From: Waterburya sp. | GTDB taxonomy: Bacteria > Cyanobacteriota > Cyanobacteriia > Cyanobacteriales > Xenococcaceae | Direction: 5' to 3' | Assembly (NCBI GenBank): GCA_965217895.1 | Contig: CBDCJV010000002.1 | Coordinates: 4,480,001-4,544,000 of the forward strand | Length of the DNA: 64,000 bases | Shown here: piece by piece, positions 1-8,151 of the stretch | Position numbering within the stretch: position 1 is the stretch's first letter | How the letters are laid out: every line of letters starts with the position of its first letter | Translations under genes and position numbers: made by a program | Notes under the pieces: generated by a model | Seen by the model: the letters and a program-made list of their open reading frames with translations, nothing else | What the model was told of the DNA's origin: nothing | Databases searched by the model: none

Positions 1-770
1 TTAATCTTTTCTAGAGTTTGATTCCAGAATCTATTTTGTAGGTCTCTTCCGTTAGGAAGACGACTTCTTAGTTGCTTTTGAAGGTTTTCGATTTCTATTT
101 CTTTTTTACGTCGACGCAGCGCATACCCTTCTGGATCTTCGTCATCTTCGTTTTTTTCATCAATCTGGCAACCATTTTTGAGAAGATACACTATGGCGCA
201 TTTGCTGGCACTATCAAGAGTTTCATCGTATCTGTCAAGCAAAGAATTAAAGATAGTAGAGCTTTTTTTCTTGGATTTAGTTTTTTTCCGTTTTTTATGC
301 TTCTTTTTAGGATTGATTTTTTGTTTATCTATTTGCTGCTCGATTTGCTGAAGTATTTTGAGTGCCAGGAGTCTAATTTCTGCCAAATCTTTGCCAGACT
401 CTGTTTCTAATTCGCGATCGCTTTTTAGAATTGTCAACCAGCGTTGTTTTCTTTCAATTCTCTGACGTAGTTTCTTCTGAACTTTTAGCCAGGATTTAAA
501 CATATAGTGAACTAAGGCGATTGCTGAAGTGTAAAAGCGTCCTGGTTGATTGGCAAAAGGTTCTCGTTTTTTGAGCGGAGCGCATAGCTCTTTAATAGGT
601 TCCTGTGGCAAAGTCCCTTTCTCAAACCACTCTTTAAAATCTTTATGATCGGGTACTTGAACTAATAATTCATTGATTAAGGGTGTATTTTTCAAGGTCA
701 TTAATTCCCAAAGATATTTTAATGACTCTGATTTGGCTACTATTCGACATTCGATGGTTTTAACGCTCAT
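1..770 (-). CDS. cas12k: Type V-K CAST effector Cas12k (C2c5), 5' part; continues beyond the left edge
   Basis: Manual translation from ATG at 770: MSVKTIECRIVAKSESLKYLWELMTLKNTPLINELL...QPGRFYTSAIALVHYMFKSWLKVQKKL...KQRWLTILKSDREL, the typical Cas12k N-terminus. Same strand as tnsBC-tniQ. Missing from the ORF track because it runs off the window. Confidence 0.93.
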   Translation of the reverse strand, partial: MSVKTIECRIVAKSESLKYLWELMTLKNTPLINELLVQVPDHKDFKEWFEKGTLPQEPIKELCAPLKKREPFANQPGRFYTSAIALVHYMFKSWLKVQKKLRQRIERKQRWLTILKSDRELETESGKDLAEIRLLALKILQQIEQQIDKQKINPKKKHKKRKKTKSKKKSSTIFNSLLDRYDETLDSASKCAIVYLLKNGCQIDEKNEDDEDPEGYALRRRKKEIEIENLQKQLRSRLPNGRDLQNRFWNQTLEKI

Positions 771-883
771 GAAATTAGCTCACCTATTAATACAAGCTTA
801 TTAATATAATAGGCGATCGCTAAACTAAAATTAATAATTTTTAGTCCCAAAACGCGAGTATTTTGTTTTTCTTAACAGTCTGA

Positions 884-1099
884 TTAAAAGATTATTTTCT
901 TAATTTGATTCAACTGATCTGCCAAGCTAAGAGTTCGTAAAACGTGATCGGGATGTTTTTCAAATTTTTTGCCCCAATTGCCAACAGTTCTAGGGCTTAA
1001 GCCAGTAGCCTCTGCTAGAGCATTGAGACAAGCTTTTCTAAATCCTCTTTGTTCTGGGGATAATTCTACCCACTTTTGACAGTATTCCCAAGGGGTCAA
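884..1099 (-). CDS. Small HTH-like protein, putative regulator, directly upstream of cas12k
   Basis: 71 aa with LAEATGLSPRTVGNW, a helix-turn-helix-like pattern; TTG start. Confidence 0.65.
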   Translation of the reverse strand: MTPWEYCQKWVELSPEQRGFRKACLNALAEATGLSPRTVGNWGKKFEKHPDHVLRTLSLADQLNQIKKIIF

Positions 1100-1181
1100 T
1101 GTAGATAATTGAGCGCATCAGTTTTATCTTCAATCTTTTGTTTACCTATGTCTATAAATACTAAAAAGATAATTATATAAA

Positions 1182-1200
1182 TAGTCATAGATCGTGACTA
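1182..1200. promoter_or_regulatory. Palindromic operator candidate TAGTCA-N7-TGACTA upstream of the small HTH gene
   Basis: Perfect 6-bp inverted repeat in the AT-rich intergenic region. Confidence 0.45.
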
Positions 1201-1328
1201 ATTATTACTCATGAATTATGATTACGCTAATTTAGTGAGTTATTGCGCTCTAAAAAGCATACTCAAGCTGGTTTGGCTCAAACTTTAAACTAGTAATGAA
1301 GCTAAAAGCGTATTTTGTCAGTTGAATA

Positions 1329-2285
1329 TTAGCTTTTGCAGTAGGTTTGGTAAGCTTTTTGAAATTCTGCTGCTATTGCATCTGCAAACCAATCGGGATT
1401 TAAAATCTCAGCATTAGAACCATATTGCATGATCCTTTGTCGAAACCAAAATAAACAATCTTCATTGGTTTTTATTTCTACCCATTCACGATCGCAATCA
1501 CTGTCTACTATTTGCTCGCGATCGCGACGAGGCTGATAGTTGCTCATGCCTTTACTAAGACGATATGTAATTGGTAATGTTGCAAACACAGTAGCAATCC
1601 ATTGGATTTGTGATGGCGGAAACACTCGAAGAATGCGATCTACTCTAAAAGGCTGATTTTTCTCTACCCAATGATTACGGTAATTCCAATTTGGAAGATA
1701 GGCAAAAAGATAAAGAACTCCATTGTGCAGTCTTAATTCCGAGCGATCTATATCCCAATTGTTTTCTTTGCCTTTGCTACTTCGATATCGAATTGAGTAC
1801 CGACACCCTTTATCAATTCTTTCTTGAAGTTGTGTCACAATCTTTTGAATTTTTGTTTCAGCATAGTCTACTGGAGGGCTAAAGTTAACTTTAAGATTAG
1901 GTAACTGCTTTCTATCATCTAAGTTGCCTATTCGTGCGATTTGTCCCGCTTTAGCGGAAAAACCCATGTCAGACAACATATAGGCTGCGGTGCATAATGC
2001 TTGTTGTTGTTGCTCGGAAAGAAGAAGGGGAAAACTAGATTCTAATAATTTATAAGGTTTGCTTGGCGCACTCTCTATTTTAAAACCACAATTTTTAAGC
2101 TTGCTAATGATTCTCGTTACTTTCTGTAAAGTATCTCCGTCTTCTTTTCCATATCTAGCAAGAAATTGACCCATTTCATCGGCTAATTCTGTTCTTTTTC
2201 TCGGTTTCTCTGCCAACAGCCTAATTATTTGAAGGACAAAAGCAACCTGGCTATATTCGTTATCATTTTTTGATGTCATATCCAA
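1329..2285 (-). CDS. WYL-domain transcriptional regulator (wHTH-WYL-WCX), type I-D associated
   Basis: N-terminal wHTH, LYLFAY...FRVDRI WYL motif, C-terminal IMQYGSNAEILNP; divergent from cas3. Confidence 0.88.
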   Translation of the reverse strand: MDMTSKNDNEYSQVAFVLQIIRLLAEKPRKRTELADEMGQFLARYGKEDGDTLQKVTRIISKLKNCGFKIESAPSKPYKLLESSFPLLLSEQQQQALCTAAYMLSDMGFSAKAGQIARIGNLDDRKQLPNLKVNFSPPVDYAETKIQKIVTQLQERIDKGCRYSIRYRSSKGKENNWDIDRSELRLHNGVLYLFAYLPNWNYRNHWVEKNQPFRVDRILRVFPPSQIQWIATVFATLPITYRLSKGMSNYQPRRDREQIVDSDCDREWVEIKTNEDCLFWFRQRIMQYGSNAEILNPDWFADAIAAEFQKAYQTYCKS

Positions 2286-2375
2286 ATATTGGAGTGTATA
2301 AACTAAGAAAATAAATAGATTATACTAACGTAGATTATTTTTTAGTTTTTTTTTAAAAATGGAGTAGCTCTACAA

Positions 2376-2555
2376 ATGCCAACTGTAGAACAAGCTAAAC
2401 AAACTGTAATACTGTTGCATTGGATATCAACTTATTTTCAGCCAATTAATATTGCTAGATACGATCGCAAATATAAGACAATCTATATCTAAGTAGGTGA
2501 GACAGACAGCATTGCTTTAATTATTGAATTTAATGGTAGGTGGAAATTTGTCTAA
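2376..2555 (+). pseudogene. Small DUF6888-like gene with an in-frame stop; paralog of 5869-6051
   Basis: MPTVEQAKQTVILLHWISTYFQPINIARYDRKYKTIYI*VGETDSIALIIEFNGRWKFV with TAA at 2490-2492; alignable by eye to the 60-aa protein at 5869-6051 (NGRWKFV vs NGRFKFV). Confidence 0.7.
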
Positions 2556-2742
2556 ACCAATTACTGAAATGACCATAGCGGAATTAAAAAGCTGTTTATC
2601 TAAACATAGAAATGACGACGAAAAGTTCAGTCAGGCTATGGGCAAATTATTGAAAAAACTGCCAGATCGAGAAAGATGGAATCAACCTTTCGCCAGTCTA
2701 GAAGGTGCAGAACAGTTTTTTCAACAAAATCCTCTTCAATAG
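2548..2742 (+). CDS. Small DUF6887-like helical protein; paralog of 5682-5876
   Basis: TTG start overlaps the upstream stop; MSKPITEMTIAELKSCLSKHRNDDE resembles MSETIENMTLEQLSQYMKDNKDNHE. Confidence 0.6.
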   Translation: MSKPITEMTIAELKSCLSKHRNDDEKFSQAMGKLLKKLPDRERWNQPFASLEGAEQFFQQNPLQ

Positions 2743-2747
2743 TGGTA

Positions 2748-2782
2748 TTGTCATTTTCTGACTAGGTGATTTTCTAAATCGG
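2748..2782 (+). promoter_or_regulatory. Conserved promoter/operator motif upstream of cas3 (GTCA-N5-TGAC)
   Basis: TTGTCATTTTCTGACTAggtgATTTtctAAATCGG; near-identical copy at 8048-8082 upstream of cas10d. Confidence 0.65.
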
Positions 2783-2830
2783 GATTAAATTAGCAACAGT
2801 TCATGCGAAAACTGTTGACTATGACTGAAT

Positions 2831-4927
2831 ATGAAAATAATTCTTAAGCCTTTATACTCAAAGCTAAATGTTGGGGTGCAAGGTTGCCCTGTAGGATGTC
2901 AAAGCACTTGTAAAGTAAAACCATATTTAGCTTGCGATAGTGAATGTCCGCTATCTTCTCATCAAGCACAAACTTATAAACACATAACTCAATCGGATGC
3001 AGATATTATCTTCAACACTTCTGCAACGGGTGATGGTAAGTCTTTAGCTGCTTACTTACCTGGATTGCTAAATAGCCAATTTCGGACAATGGGCTTGTAT
3101 CCAACAATTGAATTAGTAGAAGATCAAACCAAACAGCAAAAGGAATATCATACTCGTTTCGATCTCGATCCTATGTATCGAATAGATCGTCTTTATGGCA
3201 TGGAATTAAGCCGTAGGATAAAAGAACAAGACACAGATCGCTTCAATGTTTTGCTGCAATCCATAGAACAAAAGCCAGTTATTTTAACTAATCCCGATAT
3301 TTTCCATTTTATTACTCATTTTCGCTATCGCAATCCTGCTAGAAGTGCAGAAACTTTACCTTTTGCTTTAGCAGACTTTCCCGATCTTTGGGTGTTTGAT
3401 GAATTTCATATTTTTGGTTGTCACCAAGAAACAGCAGCATTAAACAGCATGGCTTTAATTCGACAAGCTTCCCCAAGAAAAAGAAAGTTTTTATTTACCT
3501 CGGCAACTCCCAGAGAAGATTTTATTCAACAACTCAAACAGGCTGATTTTAAGGTAGCAGAAGTCAAAGGAGAGTATAGCAGCGAAAACCAACCTGGATA
3601 CAGGCAAATTTTGCAGAAAGTCGAACTGGAATTTGTTCGCTTAGAAAAAGATACCAATACACTAGATTGGCTGTGTCAGAATAGCGATCGCCTTGGCACA
3701 AGTCTGGAAGCAGAAACAAGAGGTAGAGGCTTAGTTATTGTTAATTCTGTTGCTTTGGCAGGTAAAGCAGTAGCAAGATTAGAAGGATTATTACCTGATG
3801 TGATTGTCAAAGAAATTAGCGGAAGATGCGATCGCCAGGAAAAAGACGAAACGCGAAAACAATTAGAAAATGAGAATAAACCTGTCTTAGTAGTTGGGAC
3901 ATCGGCGGTTGATGTGGGAGTGGACTTCAAGATTCACTTACTAATCTGTGAGGGTAGCGACTCAGCAACAGTCATTCAACGTTTGGGACGATTAGGTCGT
4001 CATGCAGGGTTTAATAACTATCAGGCTTATGTATTAATTAACAACCATGCTTCTCATATAATTCCACGTCTGGAAGAAGAGATTAAAGATATTATCACCA
4101 GAGAACAATTAACCAAAGCTATTGAGTATGCTTTTAGTCCACCACAACAGTTTACTCAATATCGCCATAAGTGGGGTGCATTGCAAGCACAAGGAATGTT
4201 AACTGAGATGATGCGAGAAAATCCCAAGGTAATGAAACTGACTAGCGATCGCGTTAAAGCAGACTTACAGTACATTTATGGGAATAAGCTAGAATCGGCG
4301 CGTAAATACTGGTATAAGTTAAGCCAGCAGGAAAACGAAGTAGATAAAGCAATACAGACAGAAATATTGCGTTTTCGCGGTGGTTCGACTTTACAAGCTG
4401 CGGTGTGGGATGGCAAAAGATTTTATCAATACGATCTGCTGCGGTTTTTACCCTATGCCCTTGTAGAAATAATCGATCGCGATACTTATATTGCTGCTGC
4501 TACCAAACACAATCACATTGAAGAAGAATTTAATAAGAAATATATTGATGTCTATGTGCGGGTAACTGACTGGTTAGATAAGCGTCAACCCATAGAAATT
4601 AAGTGTAATCGCTACAGTCATAAATTGGAAATAGGTAATTTGTTTTTAGGCGATCGTCTAACCATAACAGGACATCCTCAATCTGAAGTAGCTAATTGTT
4701 TAAATGGCAAGAAATTACTCAGTTTTTTGATTTATCTCGGTAAAAAAAGCCAGTGGGATGTGGCGCGGATTTTGAAATTGAGTCCTTTGTTTGGATTATA
4801 TTGTCTCACTGACGGATCGAGTAATAGTTACGCTTGTGCTTTCAATCAAGATGCGATGTTACTAGAAGCTTTAAAGTTTAACTTGCCTAGAGAATTGCGC
4901 GATCGCCCTAACTGTATAATTCTCTAG
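2831..4927 (+). CDS. cas3: Type I-D CRISPR helicase Cas3'
   Basis: SATGDGKS Walker A, DEFH, SAT, QRLGRLGR; no HD domain (it is carried by Cas10d). Confidence 0.93.
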   Translation: MKIILKPLYSKLNVGVQGCPVGCQSTCKVKPYLACDSECPLSSHQAQTYKHITQSDADIIFNTSATGDGKSLAAYLPGLLNSQFRTMGLYPTIELVEDQTKQQKEYHTRFDLDPMYRIDRLYGMELSRRIKEQDTDRFNVLLQSIEQKPVILTNPDIFHFITHFRYRNPARSAETLPFALADFPDLWVFDEFHIFGCHQETAALNSMALIRQASPRKRKFLFTSATPREDFIQQLKQADFKVAEVKGEYSSENQPGYRQILQKVELEFVRLEKDTNTLDWLCQNSDRLGTSLEAETRGRGLVIVNSVALAGKAVARLEGLLPDVIVKEISGRCDRQEKDETRKQLENENKPVLVVGTSAVDVGVDFKIHLLICEGSDSATVIQRLGRLGRHAGFNNYQAYVLINNHASHIIPRLEEEIKDIITREQLTKAIEYAFSPPQQFTQYRHKWGALQAQGMLTEMMRENPKVMKLTSDRVKADLQYIYGNKLESARKYWYKLSQQENEVDKAIQTEILRFRGGSTLQAAVWDGKRFYQYDLLRFLPYALVEIIDRDTYIAAATKHNHIEEEFNKKYIDVYVRVTDWLDKRQPIEIKCNRYSHKLEIGNLFLGDRLTITGHPQSEVANCLNGKKLLSFLIYLGKKSQWDVARILKLSPLFGLYCLTDGSSNSYACAFNQDAMLLEALKFNLPRELRDRPNCIIL

Positions 4928-5190
4928 CAATAATGATACCTACATTGTAAAAAGATAAGTTTGTCGGAACTGACTTGATACACCAGCCTATGTTCTTGTG
5001 TGATTCTTCTCGACCATCTTGAACCTGAAAAATATTTAAGGTGTTCTGGTTTACCAATTCCCTCAAAAGGATTTGCAATGGTAGCTTCGACTAAATTTAA
5101 AATGCGATCGCTTATCTTCTTGTCTTTCTTAAACCACCACCGTAAATCTTCTCTAAACTGGCGATCAAAAACTACTGCCCGATTAGTCAA
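4924..5190 (-). CDS. yoeB: Txe/YoeB family toxin
   Basis: PFEGIGKPEHLK...WSRRITQEHRLVY...CRYHY signature. Confidence 0.95.
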   Translation of the reverse strand: MTNRAVVFDRQFREDLRWWFKKDKKISDRILNLVEATIANPFEGIGKPEHLKYFSGSRWSRRITQEHRLVYQVSSDKLIFLQCRYHYC

Positions 5191-5473
5191 TCTCTAATTC
5201 CTCACACAGTTGTTTTAAGGTTTGAGATTCTATCTCTTCTCCTTCTAGTCGATCTGCTCGTTCCATCGCAGCGAAGAGCTTTTGGGCATTAGCTGGGGAT
5301 TTTAATAAATGAAGAGTCTCCATCATGCTGGCAAGTTCTGAAGCTGCCAGGATAGCAACGTCTTCTTTTCCTGTTCTACTAACTATTATACAGCCACGAT
5401 CTTCGATAACTTCGTCGAGAACAGATGCTAGATTTTGGCGCAAGTTGGTATAGTTTGTCTGTTTGGCTAACAT
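5183..5473 (-). CDS. yefM: Phd/YefM antitoxin
   Basis: YTNLRQNLASVLDEV...METLHLLKSPANAQKL; overlaps the toxin start. Confidence 0.93.
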   Translation of the reverse strand: MLAKQTNYTNLRQNLASVLDEVIEDRGCIIVSRTGKEDVAILAASELASMMETLHLLKSPANAQKLFAAMERADRLEGEEIESQTLKQLCEELEID

Positions 5474-5478
5474 ATTTG

Positions 5479-5496
5479 AGTACTTATATCTGTACT
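5479..5496. promoter_or_regulatory. Putative YefM operator AGTAC-N8-GTACT
   Basis: GTAC-core palindrome immediately upstream of the yefM ATG. Confidence 0.55.
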
Positions 5497-5554
5497 TATT
5501 ATAGCTCTTTTCAGTTAACAGTTATCAGTTAGCAGAAATCTAAAAATATAGAGT

Positions 5555-5665
5555 ATTTCAGTCCCGCAATTGGGATTTTAAGGTTTTCAACGAGAAGGAA
5601 AGCGGATTATCTCTCAGCTTGATTGCGCGTTTCAGTCCCGTAATTGGGATTTCGTGGTTTTCAAC
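5555..5665 (-). CRISPR. Detached mini-array: 2 degenerate repeats (5555-5591, 5629-5665) and one 37-nt spacer
   Basis: Variants of the array-1 repeat, separated from the main array by a two-gene insert. Confidence 0.9.
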
Positions 5666-5681
5666 CCACGAGTAGCTAGTT

Positions 5682-5876
5682 TCAGATAACTTGAGAAATA
5701 AAGTCACTAATAAATTGCTTCTGTTCTTCCCAAGTCGCGTCTTTCGGAACTTCCTGCCAGTCAGATTTTTGAGCAAATAAGTTGTATGCTTTTTGCCATT
5801 CTTCATGATTGTCTTTGTTGTCTTTCATGTATTGGCTAAGTTGCTCAAGAGTCATGTTTTCAATTGTTTCAGACAA
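5682..5876 (-). CDS. Small DUF6887-like protein located between CRISPR repeats
   Basis: MSETIENMTLEQLSQYMKDNKDNHEEWQKAY...; probable TTG start at 5876 overlapping the upstream stop (the ORF track gives 5897). Confidence 0.7.
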   Translation of the reverse strand: MSETIENMTLEQLSQYMKDNKDNHEEWQKAYNLFAQKSDWQEVPKDATWEEQKQFISDFISQVI

Positions 5877-6051
5877 ATTTGAACCTCCCGTTTTCATTTA
5901 TTATCATTTTAATCTGCTTATCTTTAAATCCTGCTTCTATGCGAATTAATCTGTCACCTTCAAAATATCGAAAAACTCTAATCGGCAAGCTTTTGGAAGT
6001 TAAAAATTCGCATAAAATACAGGCTCTTTGAGCTTGTTTGGCTGTAATCAT
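5869..6051 (-). CDS. Small DUF6888-like protein located between CRISPR repeats
   Basis: 60-aa intact ORF, translationally coupled to the next gene; paralog at 2376-2555. Confidence 0.7.
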   Translation of the reverse strand: MITAKQAQRACILCEFLTSKSLPIRVFRYFEGDRLIRIEAGFKDKQIKMIINENGRFKFV

Positions 6052-6139
6052 ACATATTTAATTATCTAGGTGCATTTGTTTGTTAAAACTCTCTACCTCT
6101 TAGTTTTCTGAGGTATTACGCCGTTAGTTTGTTTCGATA

Positions 6140-7770
6140 GTTTCAGTCCCGCAATTGAGATTTTGAGCTTTTCAACATTTTAAAGAGAAACAAGAAGAAT
6201 AGCCAAAATCTTGTTTCAGTCCCGTAATTGGGATTCTAAGGTTTTCAACGATATGGGTCTACTATTCAAATAGCAGAAGGAGACTAGTTTCAGTCCCGTA
6301 ATTGGGATTCTAAGGTTTTCAACACAGGTAGGTCAACGGTAGCTGAGTCATTGCGATCGCCGTTTCAGTCCCGTAATTGGGATTTTGAGGTTTTCAACCT
6401 AGCCAGGCAATATTTCCCAATCTAATAACAGTCCGTTTCAGTCCCGTAATTGGGATTTTGAGGTTTTCAACCGTGCATAACCAGCGCATTGACGCATCAA
6501 CGTTTTTGTTTCAGTCCCGTAATTGGGATTTTGAGGTTTTCAACTCCAAAGATTTTCTCAAGCAAGTGGAATCGGGTAACTGTTTCAGTCCCGTAATTGG
6601 GATTTTGAGGTTTTCAACAGCAATATTAACGATATTGTGATCGGGTTTATTGGCTCGTTTCAGTCCCGTAATTGGGATTTTGAGGTTTTCAACGTTAAAT
6701 TATTAGCTAGTTACGGAGTGCGATCGGTTTCAGTCCCGTAATTGGGATTTTGAGGTTTTCAACTTATCTCAGCCGTGGCGTTTGTCCCTTGTTCGTTGGT
6801 TTCAGTCCCGTAATTGGGATTTTGAGGTTTTCAACCAGAAGATGCTGTTCCTTTAGGCGATGCCAGTAAAAGTTTCAGTCCCGTAATTGGGATTTTGAGG
6901 TTTTCAACAAGTAGTAAGTAAAGATCTGAACTCATTACTCATGTTTCAGTCCCGTAATTGGGATTTTGAGGTTTTCAACAAAGCGGGTTCCCTAATAAAG
7001 ACCCGCTTTAACTTTGTTTCAGTCCCGTAATTGGGATTTTGAGGTTTTCAACCGTGACTGCGATCGCGGCAATTATGAAATTATTTAGTTTCAGTCCCGT
7101 AATTGGGATTTTGAGGTTTTCAACGTAGTTTACTGGTAGCTCACTCCTTACTAGTAGTCGTTTCAGTCCCGTAATTGGGATTTTGAGGTTTTCAACCGCG
7201 GTCAAATCAAAGCTCTTATAAGCTCGTGTTGTTTCAGTCCCGTAATTGGGATTTTGAGGTTTTCAACCATTCAGGAACAGCAGCTATACAGTCGTTTTCA
7301 GTTTCAGTCCCGTAATTGGGATTTTGAGGTTTTCAACAGCTATAGGTCTACGAACATAAAGCTCTCCCTATTGTTTCAGTCCCGTAATTGGGATTTTGAG
7401 GTTTTCAACTGCTAGCCATTCAAAAGCAAGCTTATAATGCAGATGTTTCAGTCCCGTAATTGGGATTTTGAGGTTTTCAACGTAGATGTGCGGGGCGTTT
7501 ACAGGCAAATGGGAAGGTTTCAGTCCCGTAATTGGGATTTTGAGGTTTTCAACCCTTAACGCTAGCGGGAACAGCAAACGCTTCTGGTTTCAGTCCCGTA
7601 ATTGGGATTTTGAGGTTTTCAACAATCATCCTAATGGAATTTACATACCAGTAATTATGTTTCAGTCCCGTAATTGGGATTTTGAGGTTTTCAACTTTCT
7701 GTGAAAATCATTGTGGAAGGTTGTAAATTTGTTGTTTCAGTCCCGTAATTGGGATTTTGAGGTTTTCAAC
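6140..7770 (-). CRISPR. Type I-D CRISPR array 1: 23 repeats of 37 nt (GTTGAAAACCTCAAAATCCCAATTACGGGACTGAAAC) and 22 spacers
   Basis: Regular repeats counted from 6140 to 7734; degeneracy increases toward 6140, so the leader is on the 7771 side. Confidence 0.98.
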
Positions 7771-7945
7771 TCCGCCACTCGAAACCATTATAAACAGAAG
7801 CTTTGACAATCAAAATTGTCGAACCTTTAATTTTTAGTTTCAAATCGAAAATTGAAATACGCATAATACAAACAGACAATTCCAGAAAGTATTTAATTAT
7901 CTAGGTTCTAGAATTTTGTCGAACCTCCCAGGGATTACGCCCAAG
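7771..7945 (-). promoter_or_regulatory. Leader of array 1
   Basis: Reverse complement shares the blocks GGGCGTAATCCCTG, CTAGAACCT, TTTGTATTATGCGTATTTCA, TTGTCAAAG and GTGGCGGA with the array-2 leader. Confidence 0.85.
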
Positions 7946-8047
7946 CTTAGGCTCATCAAAAAAAATATTTTCTGAATTGATATTAAAGCAACTATGATAA
8001 TGTGTCGAGCAAAATTGAAACAAAACTTTAACTAAAAAACTGAGTTG

Positions 8048-8082
8048 TTGTCATTTTTTGACTACGGCATTTCAAAAATCGG
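8048..8082 (+). promoter_or_regulatory. Second copy of the GTCA-N5-TGAC motif, upstream of cas10d
   Basis: TTGTCATTTTTTGACTAcggcATTTcaaAAATCGG. Confidence 0.65.
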
Positions 8083-8151
8083 TCGTATATTGGGAACAGC
8101 AAAAAACAAATCTACAAAAACCTGTTTACTGATGACTGATAGCTGAAAAAG

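Noticed and set aside
72..410. 112-aa plus-strand ORF
   Set aside because: Antisense shadow of cas12k; Phe-rich and not protein-like
6458..7704. Short ORFs with repeated VENLKIPITGLK or FQSRNWDFEVF (also 5558-5806 and 16210-16407)
   Set aside because: Translations of CRISPR repeats and leader
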